A stretch of DNA of 64,000 nucleotides. It comes from the human T2T-CHM13v2.0 reference genome, Homo sapiens. Below, piece by piece: positions 11,607-25,307 of the stretch. Both the position numbers and the translations under genes were made by a program. The notes beneath the pieces are model-generated. The model was not told the DNA's origin and did not search any database. It saw nothing but the letters and a program-made list of their open reading frames with translations. The stretch's first letter is position 1; each line of letters starts with the position of its first letter. The stretch lies in NCBI RefSeq assembly GCF_009914755.1, contig NC_060925.1, one strand, 5' to 3'.

Positions 11607-14046
11607 ATATCCCTGATGAACATCGATGTGAAAATCCTCAATAAAATACTGGCAAACTAAATCCAGCAGCACATCAAAAAGCTTATCCACCATGATCAAG
11701 TTGGTTTCATCCCTGGGATGCAAAACTGGTTCAACATATGCAAATCAATAAATGTAATCCATCATGTAAACAGAACCAATGACAAAAAAACCACATGATT
11801 ATCTCAACAGATGCAAAAAAGGCCTTCAATAAAATTCAACACCCCTTCATGCTAAAAACTCTCAATAAACTAGGTATTGATGGAACATATCTCAAAATAA
11901 TAAGAGCTATGTATGACACACCTAGAGCCAATATCATACCGAAAGGGCAAAAGCTGGAAGCATTTCCTTTGAAAACCACCACAAGACAAGGATGCCCTCT
12001 CTTTCCACTCCTATTCAATATAGTATTGGAAGTTCTGGCCAGGGCAATCAGGCAAGAGAAAGAAATAAAGAGTATTCAAATAGGAAGAGAGGAAGTCAAA
12101 TTGCCTCTGCTTGCAGATGACTTGATTATATATTTAGAAAATCCCATTGTCTCAGCTCGAAATCTCCTTAAGCTGATAAGCAACTTCAGCAAAGTCTCAG
12201 GATACAAAATTAATGTGCAAAAATCACAAGCATCCCTATACACCAATAATAGACAGAGAGCCAAATCGTGAGTTAACTGCCATTCACAATTGCTTCAGAG
12301 AGAATAAAATACCTAAGAATACAACTTACAAGGGATGTGAAGGACCTCTTCAAGGAGAACTACAAACTGCTGCTCAAGGAAATAAGAGAGGACACAAACA
12401 AATGGAAAAATATTCCATGCTCATGGATAGGAAGAACCAATATCGTGAAAATGGCTGTACTGCCCAAAGTAATTTATAGATTCAATGCTACTCCCATCAA
12501 GCTACCATTGACTTTCCTCACAGAATTAGACAAAACTACTTTACATTTCATATGGAGCCAAAAAACAGCCCATATAGCCAAGACAGTCCTAAGCAAAAAG
12601 AACAAAGCTGGAGGCAGCATGCTATCTGACTTCAAACTATACTACAAGGCTACAGTAACCAAAACAGCATGGTACTGGTACCGAAACAGGTATATTGACC
12701 AATGGAACAGAACAGAGGCCTCAGAAATAACACCACACGTCTACAACCATCTTTTCTTTGACAAACCTGACAAAAACAAGTAACGGGGAAAGGTGTCTCT
12801 ATTTAATAAATGGTGCTGGGAAAAATGGCTAGCCATATGGAGAAAACTGAAACTGGATCCCTTCCTTACACCTTAGACAAAAATGAACTCAAGATGGATT
12901 AAAGACTTAAACCTAAGACCTAAAACCATAAAAACCCTACAAGAAAACCTAGGTGATACAATTGAGGACATGGGCATGGGCAAAGACTTCATGACTAAAA
13001 CACCAAAAACAATGGCACAAAAGCCAAAATTGACAAATGGGATATAATTAAACTAAAGACCTCTGCACAGCAAAAGAAACTATCAGCAGAGCGAACAGAC
13101 AACCTACAGAATGGGAGAAAATTTTTGCAATCTATCCATATGACAAAGAGCTAATATCCAGAATCTACAAAGAACTTGAACAAATTTACAAGAAAAAAAC
13201 AACCCATCAAAAAGTGGGCAAAGGATATGAACAGACACTTCTCAAAAGAAGACATTTATGTGGCCAATAAATATATGAGGAAAAGCTTATCATCACTGGT
13301 CATTAGAGAAATGCAAATCAAAACCACAATGAGATACCATCTCACGCCAGTTAGAATGTCGATCATTAAAAAGTCAGGAAAGAACAGATGCTGGAGAGGA
13401 TGTGGAGAAACAGGAACGCTTTTACACTGTTGGTGAGAGTGTAAATTAGTTCAACCATTGTGGAAGACAGTGTGGCGATTCCTCAAGGATCTAGAACAAG
13501 AAATACCATTTGGCCCAGCAATCCCATTACTGGGTATATACCCAAAGGTTTATAAATCATGCTGCTATAAAGACACATGCACACATATGTTTACTGTGGC
13601 ACTGTTCACAATAGCAAAGACTTGGAACCAACCCAAATGTCCATCAATGATAGATTGGATAAAGAAAATGTGGCACATATACACCATGGAATACTATGCA
13701 GCCATAAAAAAGATGAGTTTATGTCCTTTGCAAGGACATAGATGAAGCTAGAAACCATCATTCTCGGCAAACTAATACAAGAACAGAAAACCAAACACCA
13801 CGTGTTCTCACTCATAAGTGAGAGTTGAACAATGAGAACACATGGACACAGAGAGGGGAACATCACACACTGGGGCCTGTCAGGGGGTGGAGGGCTAGGG
13901 GAGGGATAGTATTAGGAGAAACACCTAATGCAGATGACGGGTTGATAGGTGCAGCAAACCACCATGGCACATGTATACCTATGTAACAAACCTGCACATT
14001 TTGCACATGTATCTCAGAATTTAAAGTATAATAATAATAAAAAAAA
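11607..14046 (+). mobile_element. 5'-truncated L1PA (approximately L1PA7)
   Basis: Begins in RT (atatccctgatgaacatcgatg); ORF2 remnants [31 protein letters not shown]; 3'UTR gatgacgggttgataggtgcagcaaaccaccatggcac; A-tail at about 14030-14046. ORF2 is frameshifted. Confidence 0.95.
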
Positions 14047-16689
14047 CCATTAAAAATAAATGAATACTACAATTTGAAAAAAAAAAGAAATCTTTTCTGT
14101 ACCTGATTTCTGGATACCACACCTGTTTTTCTACACTTCGTGTCTCCCTGTCACCAAGAGGTCAAGTATAAAGCCTTTATCATGGTATTCAATGCCCTTT
14201 ATGATACTGCTGTTTTGATTTGAGGCATTATATGCCCCATTGTTTTTCAGCTTCCCTTTCTCCTGCTCTTTATCAAGTACCCTTTTTCTCAACACAGCTA
14301 ACTACATTTAATTCCCTCAGTATGCCCTTCAAGGAGACATTTGGAAATGATTTTCTTCCTCTTTGTCTTTAAATGTATACTTCCAGGTTCAGATTAATTT
14401 TGTGAAGCCCTCTAGGACTATTTCTGAGAAGAATTAATCACTCCTTTCTCTTCCTTCCCTTGGTACTTTAGTTTTTGACCTTTCTACTAAATTCTTCATG
14501 GGGAGATTATATCATGTTTATAATTAGCCCAATGATAGTTGAATGAATTTTGAATCATCTTAAATCCTTTTTCGGCACCTCCTGGATATAAATTTTATGG
14601 AAATAAAAATAATGTTCCTATGATTTCTTTTCCAGGTTTTCAGTTATTCAGAATATCACTGTTTCCATTTATTGTGTATAGTCAAAACACTCTTGAAGTA
14701 GCTTTCTCCCAACAATCTGGATAAACTTCCATCAACAAAGCTGGAGATGTGCTGAGGAGGGCACTGTGGTGAAATGAGGAGAAGAGCCTCTTTCTATTGT
14801 GCTCCTACTATTTTCTAGGACAGAATAAACTTTCTGCTGCCAAGAGCCTAATGTAATAGCTGGCATAAAGTTTGATAGTGTCTTTTCAAAACCAGCATAA
14901 CAAAATCCTGGACGGGAAGCACTCTAGCAGCTGCTACAAATGCCCTTAAATTGCCACCCATGCATAACTGTTAGAGTTGTGCTGACGTGTGCTGGCCATG
15001 GTTTGTCCCTTTCTAGACTACAGATGAACAGAAGCTCCTTCCATAATTTTGGGATTTTTTTTATCACCTACATAATTCCTGTGTCTCAGCTAGAAAGCCA
15101 CAGTAGACCAACTTAGCACCAAAATTCATGCTAAGTATGTGAATTTTATCCCATGCTTAACCAGGTTTTTTATTTATCATATATGTCCTGAACCCAGAGG
15201 AGATATTTTCTGATGTTTGTTAATCATTCTCCAGCAACAAATTGCTAAGTAATTTCGAAAGATGTAATGCACTACCTAGAGTATGCAATGTTGATCTTTG
15301 GACAAGGAAATATGTATGGACAGGGAGATTAATGCACCATCCATACAGGAAATGATGTGAAAACAAGTTGTCAGCCAGTGGCAATGATCTTTAAGAATTA
15401 AGTGGTTTTAAAACTTGGGCATTAACTTCAGGCTCTAAGGTAACAGTACAGATACATCTAAATCTCTGGATGTTGTGCATTCCTGAAACATCACTGATAA
15501 AGCATATTTCTTTGTAATTCATATGTTTGTTCTAAATTCCAGTTTTAGAAATATAGACCTCAGCAGCCTACATAAGCTCTGTAGAAAGAGAGGGAGAGAG
15601 ATGTTAAGAAAAAAAAAGAAAGATAAGTATAGCAATATACCAAAACAAACAAACAAAAAAGTTAAAGATGACAGGCTCCAATCAGCAAACATAGAAGCAT
15701 ATATGACCTTTATTTGCTCTATTTGTCAACGGTTGAATATGGCAGTGGGAGCATGGATATTTAGCAGGGGCAGCCAGCAGAATTCTGGTTTTAGTTCTGG
15801 CATTAGAATTCTCTGCTGCTTAAATTTTGCATATTAAAATTTTTAGAAAAAATATTTGATTTTATGGTATCTTAGAAGTCTTCTAGTCTCACAGGAAATT
15901 TAGATGATAAGTATTTTTGTTTCGTAGGTCATCAATGGTTTCTAACAAGTTAAAAGTAATAAAGAGAAAAACATTGCTATTCTTTGAGTTAAACCTTTGG
16001 GATACTATTTTGTAAAACGGAAGGTATTCTTGTTTCTGTATTACAATTTTTTATCTTAATTTGTCAGAAAAATTTGTGAAAGATTGAAATGGGGGAGAAA
16101 AGACTATTAGGTATTCCGTCCAGTGTTTTTATTGTCTTTAAGCTATTTCACAACTCTATAAGGTTGATAATACAGATAGAAATGCAAATGATTTCTTGTC
16201 TGTGGAAATACAAATTATATCCCCTGGAAATGCAGCTGATACTTTCTCTATGAGTATTAACTGGGTTTTCATCATTCAGCAAATGTATTTCACCATCCCT
16301 TATGTGCTACATATGTGTAGTTCTTTCAGTTACCCTTTTGCCATTTGTAACATCTTATTGGTTCCCTCATTATTTAATGAATTAAATAAAATCCTTGGCA
16401 CATGTATTCATTTTGTATTGTGGTTAATTTTACTTTTTGAAAATGAACTTTGTTTTTTATGTAGTTTTACCAGAAATAGTTTAATATTGAGTGCCAGATT
16501 GGTTATCTTTTTCCTTATCTCCACAAGTATTCACTGGGTACATACTATATTCCAGATACTTTAAGACACACTGGGTATACAAAACATAACCTGAACCTGC
16601 CTGTAGCATCTATATTTTAAAATTATGGTCTATAATGGCTCTCACATAGGCCAATAAGACCGTACAGGGTAATGAAAAGAATAAAATAA

Positions 16690-16925
16690 TAAAGCCTGTG
16701 GGTTTACATAGACTTGGGTTCAAATTCATGTTCTACCTCTTTCCTACAGTGTGACTTTTGGCAAGTTACTTAACTGCTCTGAATTTCATTTTCCTCATTC
16801 ACAAAATGGGTTATACTAAGACCAACCAGGCAGTATTGTTGTGGAATAAGATAAGATTTTGTATGTGACTTGCTTTGTACTTAGATGGTGCCTGGTTCTT
16901 GGCAGGTACTCACTGAATGTTGATT
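16690..16925 (+). mobile_element. MIR SINE
   Basis: agacttgggttcaaattc...tgtgacttttggcaagttacttaac...tttcctcattcacaaaatggg core. Confidence 0.8.
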
Positions 16926-18407
16926 CCTGTTCTGTACCCCATGCTTTCAACCTTCTTTTTAATTTCTTTTGGCCACTGCTCCCTGTATGACAAGTTATTA
17001 TTGCTGTTTCTATTTTACTGATACTGGAATGACTAGTCTAATCTCAATAAACAAGAATCTGCAGTGCTCAAAATCTCGATTCAGTACCCAGCTCAATGAG
17101 CCATGCAGGCCTAAAACAAGAAAGAAGTTCACAATCAGGAAAACCTCCAAATGCTAAAAACCACACTTACGCTTATGGTAATATTATTGTAATTTAAAAA
17201 GTGTGATTATAAGAATGACTCCATTGCAGAGTACATAATGTTAGTCTACCTGAACAAGTACAGATCAAAATTTGTGAAAGCCAAATTTGCCCAGTCAGAT
17301 TCCTAAAAGCAAATGCACCCCTTTCGGTTCTTGTGGGCCCCTCAGCATTTATTTATTCAGTTTAATGCTAAACCTTCCTTTTATTTTTCCCTCTAACTCT
17401 GCTTGTCAGTTCTCTATTATCAGCCGAACACGTTTGTACCCTTCTCTTACATTCTTTTGCTGGGTAGTTTAAATTTTTAAGTCATTTACAATCCAAGTGA
17501 ATATTTAACATTATATTCATTATGCACCTTGTGGTTGCCATTTTCCTATTACTGCAGTGACAATGAATGATGGCAAAAATGCAAATGCCTATTCCTTGTG
17601 AGTTTAATCTAGGCTCCTTGTGTCCTGATATATCTTATCATTTTGTCTGGTAATTAGACTTCTCTGATGATGTTGTAAAATACATATCAGTTGTGAAGGG
17701 AAAAGTCATTATTTATCATTATAAGGTGGGGAATATGCTCATTTTTCATTGCCCTTACCTGGGTAGCAAGGACAAAGTGATGCAATTTCAACTTGGAGGC
17801 CCATGCTTGATGTGATTCTGGGATGGAACAAATAGCCATGAAATTAATCTGAGAATGTTCAATCATTCCTTTGCCAGAGCTTGGCTGGCGTCACCTTAGT
17901 GTATGAAGTATAGCTTTCCAGGCTGTTAGCTTCCTCAGGAGCATACGCAACACAGGGGAAGATTTGTCCCTGTTACACATCATCTTATAAAGGGTGAGGG
18001 CTGGGACCAAAAGAAACGAATTAATGAAGGGGGAAATATCTTTTGAAGCCAAGGGACTATAAATAGCATAGTTCTGAAAGTATTATATTTGTGAAGCAAG
18101 GCTGTTACCTAATGTGAGTTGGAGAATAACTTGTGTAAGTATAGTCCTGGGAAAAGGAAAAAACAAGCCTTGTCTCAGAGATTTCATATCATAAGGAAAA
18201 CGAAGAAAAAAAACCTAAATGTTGGAGGGAGGTCACTTGTTTCTAAGAGAAGGCAGTCTCACTTTTTGTTGATTCATTTAGCTAATACATAGTGAGTTCC
18301 AACTAAATGCCAGATAATCTCCTGAGAAGTAAACATTATTCTGAAATTTGCTAAGTTTGGAGAAAAACTTCAGTAATTCTAAAATAACTAAATCATTAAT
18401 GACATTA

Positions 18408-18570
18408 AACATATCATATATAATTATATATATACAGTATATATAATATATCATAATATATATACAGTAAATATAATATGTCATAATATAATGATATATA
18501 TAATATATCATAATGATATTATATATGGTATATATATGTATCATATATATAGTTAGTTATCATATATATA
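18408..18570. repeat. Degenerate (TA)n / AT-rich low-complexity tract
   Basis: About 160 bp of near-pure A/T with repeated atatatacagta and tcataat units. Confidence 0.9.
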
Positions 18571-18907
18571 TAGTTATCCCTCAATATCCATCAGGGATTG
18601 GTTCCAGGACCCTACCCCCACGGTATCCATGGATGCTTAAGTCTCTAATATAAAATAGTAAAATATTTGAATATAACCTAAACACATCCTCCTATATACT
18701 TTGAATCATCTCTATATTGCTTATAATACCTAATAAGATATAAATGCCATATAGATAGTTGTTGTATTGTTTAGGGAATAGTGACAGGAAAAAAACTCTG
18801 CATGTTCAGTACAGACAAAAACCATCATTTTTTTCCTGAATATTTCCTATCTGCAGTTAGTCGAATCCATGAATGTGAAACATCACATTCACAGTGAGCA
18901 TGAGCAG
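18571..18907 (+). mobile_element. MER2 (TcMar-Tigger non-autonomous DNA transposon)
   Basis: agttatccctcaatatcc...gggattggttccaggaccc...aatcatctctatattgcttataatacctaat...gtttagggaatagtgac...catgttcagtacagac follows the MER2 consensus. Confidence 0.9.
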
Positions 18908-20749
18908 TACATGTATAATATGTCATAACCCTTTTGATTATTTTGTTGAATTTTGTATTTTCCTCTAAGATTTAAAATATATTTCTTTCTTCCTAAGGGA
19001 AAGTGATTAATTCTATCACCCATGTAGGCAATGTACCCTTGCTGGAGAATATACCTTCATTGTTCATAAATGTATTATAAATATTATCCTCCATAATAAC
19101 AGAAGAAGCCCTAAAAAGCAGACAGTTTTACATAAACTGCTAAGTGATTACTACCTTCATTAGAGATTTACAGGAATCTTCCCGAAAGGTATCCTTGCCT
19201 ATCCAAGGTTATATGAGAAAGGAACTGTGATGATCTGCCTCTGAAGAAAACTATGGACGGCCATGGGGAAGAAAAGTCATTAATTACCTCTCTACTCAGG
19301 GCTGCAATGGTTTATCATGCTTGCTGATGTTAAGTGCTTCATCAGTATTCTATGTAATTTAAATGTATGACTACATATCAAGTGCCTGGAAGAATGTCTG
19401 GGACTTGATAAACAGGCAATGGTCTTGTCATTACTGGTAATTGTGGTCATCTTATAATCCCAATTTTATGTACCCCACTCTTTGATTAGTACCTCTTCTG
19501 TTTCCAGGTTACTCTATCTAATTCTCCACACTTAACCATCCTTCTACCCACTGGAACCTACAATCCTTTGATCTTACCACCTTTCCACTGTCTCACCTCT
19601 TCGTGGTGTCCTTTTCCTTTTCACCCAGCTTAATTGCTATTTTCCTTCATTATAGTCATCCCCCTTCATCTAGAGTTAATTCTCTTGCCTTTCTCTCTGT
19701 CATACACTTTTGAGAAACTCTAACACTGATTAAATCTAGCATAGAGTTGTTTGCTCCTCTATAGATGAACAGAGCAGACAAAAAATGAAAACAGCATGGC
19801 TGACTCTTTTCACTTGAAACTCATGATGTGAATGTGAGTGGACTGGACGTCTAATGCTGCTTGTCAATCACTGGACTTTCCCATCCAATCACTTTTCCAC
19901 TTTCCGAGTTAGCTATCTTATACTATCTCTCTTACCTCAAATCTCCAAATTTTCTTTATCCATCTTCACTCTTAGCTGTTCACTTTCAGAAAATGACTTT
20001 TACAACTTTTCATGATCAGATTTAACAACCTGCCACAAATTCTCATATACTTTGCCTGCCACCTGTTGTTAGAAATGAACTATTCCACTTTTATCTAAGA
20101 ATGGCCTCACAGTTGGTATGCAAGACTTCATTACTTTTTCCTACTCAAGGATGTGGCCCCAGCAATTCCCACCTCCTTTTTCTGCACTGACAATTATTTC
20201 CTTTATATTGGGTCATTCCCAACAACATAAAAATAGGCTGTTTTTGTCCCATTTTGCTTAAAACTCTCAACTTTACCTTTTCCTTCTTTTGCAGCACAAC
20301 TTCCAGCAAGAGTTTTACAGAATTCTAAATAAAAAATGTCTTTTTACATATTTCTAAAATATTTCTAAATGTATATTTAGCTAATTGTATATTTAGCAAG
20401 AGTATATCTTTTTGTCTTTTCCTCCCAGTCTAATCTTGAACCCACTTAGTCAGGCTTTTTCCCCCAGTCACTTTACCAAAACCATGCTTGTCATTGTTCT
20501 TGCCTCATCTTGTTGACAATTCTCAGTCTTCATTTTATGTGAACTGTCAGCTGCATTTGACAGACTTGATCATTCTTCCTTCAAATACTCGCTTCACTTC
20601 TTGCTCACAAACAGGACATTTTCCTGGTTTTTCTACTATGTCCCTGGATGCTTCTTTTCAATTTCCTATGCCAGTTCCTTTTCTTTTTCCTCTCTGACTT
20701 AAAATTGTCCATCTGGGCTCAGTACTTGATTTTTCTTGTTTACCTAGAT

Positions 20750-20975
20750 CAGCAATTGGCAAACTAAGGCCCATGGTCCCAAGTCCAATTTGTGCCTGTT
20801 TTGATAAATAAAAGTTTTATTGAATCACAGCCATGCCCATTTATTTATGTGTTTTTTTATGGTCCCTTTTGAGCTACATAGATGGATTTCATTAGTTGCA
20901 ACAGAGGCTCTACAGTCCTTAAAGCCTAAAATAGTTGCTATCTGGCCCTTAACAGAAAAAGCTTGCTGACATTTC
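20750..20975 (+). mobile_element. MER58A (hAT-Charlie non-autonomous)
   Basis: ggcaaactaaggccc...aaagttttattgaatcacagccatgccc...aaagcctaaaata...tctggcccttaacagaaaaagcttgctgac. Confidence 0.85.
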
Positions 20976-21929
20976 CTCCACACTTATGTCGTCTGTGAAG
21001 GCATTCAGATGCATGATTTAAATATATACTGTATACTGATATTTCTCCATTTGTATTCAGATGAGACATCTCCTCCAAACCTCAGACTTAGAAATCCAAT
21101 TGCTGATGAGATGTTCACTTGGATGTCTAACAGTCATCTCAGACTTAACATGTTCAAAAGGGAATGTCTAATCTTCCTCTCCAAATTTGTTTCAACTACA
21201 GTTTTCTCCATCTCAGTTCAGAGTAATCCTATCTTTTCAGTTGCTTAGGTAAAAACCTTGGAGTTATCTTTATCTTTCTGTTGTATCTTATATCTAATTT
21301 GTCTGGAAATCCTGATTGCTCTAACTTGAAAATTATCGAGAATCTGACCATTTCTCCCCTTCTGGCACAAGTAATCAAAATTTCTTTCTTAGATTACTCA
21401 ATTGCCTTCTAATTAGCTTTTATGATTCTATCCTTGCCTCTTCCATTTGTAATATGGAAGAAAGGATATTCTCTTAAAATACAAGCTAAGTGATGTCATT
21501 CCTTTGCTCATAATCCTCCACTAGCCCTCCTCTCATTCAGAATAAGAACCAAACTCTGCGATGGCTGCTCAGTCCTATAAGGTCTTGACCCCATGCTACC
21601 TCTTCAAGGTCATGCCCTATTTATCTCCATTTTGTCCACTCAACTTTAGCCACACTGGGCTGCTTTCTCTTCCTTTAATATTTCAGGCATACTGTCTCCA
21701 GAGATATTCCCTAGCTCTTCCTTATACGAGCAAGGCTCTTCCCTTAGGTATATTTGCATGGGTTGTTGGTCAAATATCACTTTTTAAATAAGACCTAACT
21801 AATCACTCTATTTAAAATTGTGCATCTCCCTCCTCTCCAGCATTCTTTATCATCCTTACCCTGATCTATTTTTCTTCATAGCTCTTATTATCTTCTAATA
21901 CACTGTGAATATACAATTTAGCTAATCAG

Positions 21930-22230
21930 TTTTTTCTTTTTTCTTTTTTTTTTTTGGAGATGGAGTCTCGCTCTGCCACCCAGGCTGAAGTGCAGTGGCA
22001 CGATCTCAGCTCACTAGAACTTCTGTTTCCCAGGTTCAGGTGATTCTTGTACCTCAGCCTCCCAAGAAGCTGGGATTACAGGAGCCCACCACCACATCTG
22101 GCTAATATATATAAATATATATACATTTATAATAGAGATAGGGTTTTGCCATATTGGCCAGGCTGGTCTTGAACTCATGACCTCAGGTGATCTGCCTGCC
22201 TCAGTCTCCCAAAGTGCTGGAATTACAGGT
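21930..22230 (-). mobile_element. AluS, slightly 5'-truncated, with TSD gctaatca(g/t)tttt
   Basis: Both arms present; the linker has become an (AT)n tract; TSD copies start at 21921 and 22231. Confidence 0.92.
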
Positions 22231-22837
22231 GCTAATCATTTTTCTGTCTCACCACTCACCCCTAGAACATGAGCTCCATGAAGAACGAATTTTTTTTGTC
22301 TTAAAAATATTCAATCTTTCATATAACACATAAAAGTTGATATAATCTTTTGGCACTTTTTCCACTTAATATATATTGCTAACATTTGTCCATAAAAATA
22401 TTAAATCTTTAATACCCAGAATAGTGCTTGACACACAGTGGGTGCTCAGTAAATATTTATTATCTAGGCAAATGATCGAGTTAGCTATGTCATTATTTAC
22501 ATTGTTCAAAGAGATATAAAAATATTTTTGATACATTAATAAGGCAGAGTATTTGAATTTTTAAATGCATTTTCTGCAATTTGGAGTAGATATTTCCAGG
22601 TTGTTTCATTTGAGGAGTGAGGATTAATGTATTGGCATTTGAAGACTTCAAATGTTTCTATCACTAAGACTCTATTATTGGTACCATAGGTTGCATTTAG
22701 AGCTCTAAATAAAAGGTAAATCAGAGGAATAAGCATTGAATTAGTAACTAGATACTTGCACTGTTTCATTTTATTTTCCACAGGGCTATCAAAAATGATG
22801 TTTCTAAAACACAAAACTGCTCTGTCATGCTCCTTAT

Positions 22838-23204
22838 TGCTATCGTCTGAATGTTTACATTCCCCCAAAATTCATATGTTTAAATCCTCACCCCCAAGGT
22901 GATGGTATTCGGAAGTGGGGCCATTGGGAAGTGAATAGGTAATGGGGATGGAGCTTTCATGAATAAGATTACTGTCCTTATAAGAGATGCCCCAAAGAAA
23001 CCCTTCACCCCTGCTGCCATGTGAAGTTAGAGTAAGAAGATGGCTGTGTGTGAGGAGGCAGCCCTCACTAGACACTGAATCTGCTGGCACCTTAATCTTG
23101 GACTTTCCATCCTCAAGAACTATGAGAAATAAATTTCTCTTGTTTATAAGTCTATGGTACTCATCTGTGGTATTTTGTTATAGCACCCCAAACAGACTAA
23201 GATG
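22838..23204 (+). mobile_element. MLT1A-type MaLR solo LTR
   Basis: tgctatcgtctgaatg...aaattcatatg...gaatctgctggcaccttaatcttggactttcc...gtattttgttatagca...gactaagat. Confidence 0.88.
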
Positions 23205-23581
23205 CAGATACAAAGCCTTTTGGTTATCCCTTATTGCTTGGAATATAAGACAACATTCCTCAGGGTCTGATGTTTACTTGTATTTGTTTTATCACTTCAC
23301 TTTTATTTCAACTGTCTCAACCCACTTGCAGTTCCTGGGACACTCCACAGTCTTTCATATATGCTTATTATCTTTTTCTGGAAGTTCCAGCTTGCTTCTA
23401 TCAGAAGCATTTTAAATGGATTATCTAAAATGTTATGCTTTCTCCTAGAGGCAGTCTTTGATAGTTTCTGTAGTTAGTCCTAGATATTCATGACAGTTAT
23501 ATGATGGTATTGTTTTATGTATTTTCTTTTCATATCGACTGTTCATTGAGACCTTGACAAACCAATAATCCATTTCCCCAT

Positions 23582-25305
<1,724 letters not shown>

Positions 25306-25307
25306 TA

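Larger units (their letters stand above)
19480..22460 (+). mobile_element. Long L2 (L2a-like) relic interrupted by MER58A and an Alu
   Basis: L2 ORF2 motifs (cagctgcatttgacagacttgatca, cacttggatgtctaacagtcatctcagacttaacatgttcaaa) and the L2 3' end gtgggtgctcagtaaatatttatt. Confidence 0.8.

Noticed and set aside
11795-13745. RT-like ORFs of 86-158 aa as an active retroelement or gene
   Set aside because: Frameshifted fragments of a 5'-truncated L1PA ORF2 with no promoter, ORF1 or EN domain.
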